Assembly (NCBI GenBank): GCA_032718475.1
Contig: JAUCBJ010001658.1
Location: 1 to 36,751, forward strand
Direction: 5' to 3'
Source of the DNA: Nemertoderma westbladi
Taxonomy: Eukaryota > Animalia > Xenacoelomorpha
Length of the DNA: 36,751 nucleotides
Shown here: piece after piece, positions 35,203-36,751 of the stretch
Numbering within the stretch: position 1 is the first letter of the stretch
How the letters are laid out: every line of letters begins with the position of its first letter
Program-made: the position numbers and the translations under genes
The notes under the pieces: generated by a model
Database searches by the model: none
What the model saw: only the letters and a program-made list of their open reading frames with translations
What the model was told of the DNA's origin: nothing

Positions 35203-36751
35203 TTAAATAATTATTTTATATTTTATGCGTGGGAAGGGCGTCTCGCCCTCATTCCCACCCCCCTCAGTCCAAAACTTTGGACGACTAAAAACTCTCACGT
35301 GCCCCTTCTTCCAGTAGGCACTCTCCTGCTGCCCTCCTATACGTCCTCTAACTCTTCGCCACACTCTCTTCGGTGCTACCTTTGCTGGCCTCCCCCTTCG
35401 TATGTGCGCTGGCATTAGAGCCCTCGACGACCCCCGCTCGTCCCTCGGTATACACGACGCCCGTCCATGTAATGCCCCCTCGCACCGTGCCAGCCCCGCG
35501 TGCGTATGCAACACGCCTCCTTCTACTTTCCCGACTCCTTTGCTCATGGACTTCTCTACCCCTGGTTTAGTCCTTTCACATCCTCTCCCTTTCCAACACT
35601 CTCCGGATCTGTGTCCTTTTACCACACATCGATGACATAGTCCGTTTGCGTCTGTGTAGGCTACACGATCTCGTTTGGGCAACGCTTGCCAGTACTTGCA
35701 ACTCCTGGTCGTATGGGTTCCGTCCCGATGTAATTGACATTGGAATCCTGGATTATAGCGTTTCCTGTATAGTCCTTCACGTATCGCGCTTAGGTTTATA
35801 TGTACCGATTTAATGTTTTGGTTGTCTAGACTCGGCCTACTGGGTATAGTGGGATTGTGTTTATTTTTGGTGTTATTTTCTTTCTGTCCCTGCCACGGTG
35901 TGGCCCTGCTACCAGCTAACTGTGGACTAGCAGTCCCCTGTACGGCCGCGTGTGGTGGTGACTGTCCGCACGACCTGTTCTCGTCCAGGGAGTTCGATAT
36001 TCTTGCTCCTATCGGGGTATATTGTCGATATTGTGATGGGGGAATGTCACCCTGTCCCCCCCCGGCCGGTATGTTTGGTACTGGGGTTGATGTTAATATA
36101 TTGGGGCCCATACATCTATCTCCAATAACTCTCCCCTCCCCTGGATATGTGTCATGTCCCTGTGTATTATAGTCATGCTGCTGTACCGATATAGGCCTAC
36201 CTACCTCTCGCCTACCTACCGGTATGTACTCCGCGACTTCCGGGTTTAATCCCGTCGTCCGCGCTACCCTATCGCCCACTCTATCTCTCCCAGCATGGCC
36301 TATAATAGTATGTGCAGTAAGGCCTACAGTATGTCCTGCAGTCTGCATGTGCCCTTTCGAACCGAAGTTTGACTCTTCGCGAATCTCGAATCTCCCGGCG
36401 ACTACCGTACTCTCGATCGGCAGCTATATCCCGTCGGGAAGCTTCTCTCCGATCCCCTCTCCTGTTCTCGACTCTGTATTGGTACGTCTTGTACCCGCCG
36501 GGGACACTCGCAATCTCCCTATTACTCTCCGTCGCCGGGTGTTGCGGTTTACCTGAGCTCGGCCCGCGCATTATCCGCCGACGCCTGTGGGACACTCTCT
36601 GCCCCCCCTCTCTCTCTACTAACTCTCTCGCGGTGGGGTGCCCGTAGCCCCCCCCCCCCCACCCGCCACTTCTAACTTCACTATCTCTTACTACACCTTC
36701 TGCGTCCCTCTTGTCGGACACTCTCTACCCCCCTTCTCTCGCCACTAATCT
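35203..36751 (-). CDS. Gag-like protein with BEL/Pao-type zinc knuckles (frameshifted upstream, start probably outside the window)
   Basis: CQLHRDGTHTTRSC (35739-35698), then LPKRDRVAYTDANGL and CHRCVVKGHRSGEC (35637-35596), matching BEL/Pao Gag knuckle spacing. Low-complexity N-terminal region. Overlapping ORF 36281-36721. Confidence 0.7.

Larger units (their letters stand above)
32651..36751 (-). mobile_element. Non-autonomous (gag-only) BEL/Pao-like LTR element, continuing beyond the window
   Basis: Minus-strand order gag, repeat region, PPT, LTR. No pol motifs between the gag stop (35203) and the PPT (33201). Confidence 0.75.

Overview
Eukaryotic (animal, probably invertebrate) repeat-dense DNA with no recognisable host gene. 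Nearly the whole window is nested transposable elements. 2-7264: three head-to-tail non-autonomous Helitrons (minus strand), each with ~146-bp tandem arrays carrying a CTCF-like motif in every unit. 7265-10790: a decayed RTE-X-like LINE split by a TTAA piggyBac-type MITE. ~11243-32650: a large decayed minus-strand BEL/Pao LTR retrotransposon (gag remnant, RT, RNase H, integrase, PPT, 3' LTR). It hosts a MULE-type MITE, a solo LTR, two RTE LINE copies, a piggyBac MITE and a Kolobok-like MITE. Its most unusual part is a same-sense extra reading frame of ~1400 codons between integrase and the 3' LTR (17232-22101). This frame is broken by TGA stops and frameshifts, has CCHC zinc knuckles and has no envelope features I can see. 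32651-end: a second minus-strand LTR element with a BEL-type Gag but no pol, which carries arrays of short hairpins in G-poor linkers instead. All calls come from reading and hand-translating the sequence. No database searches were run.
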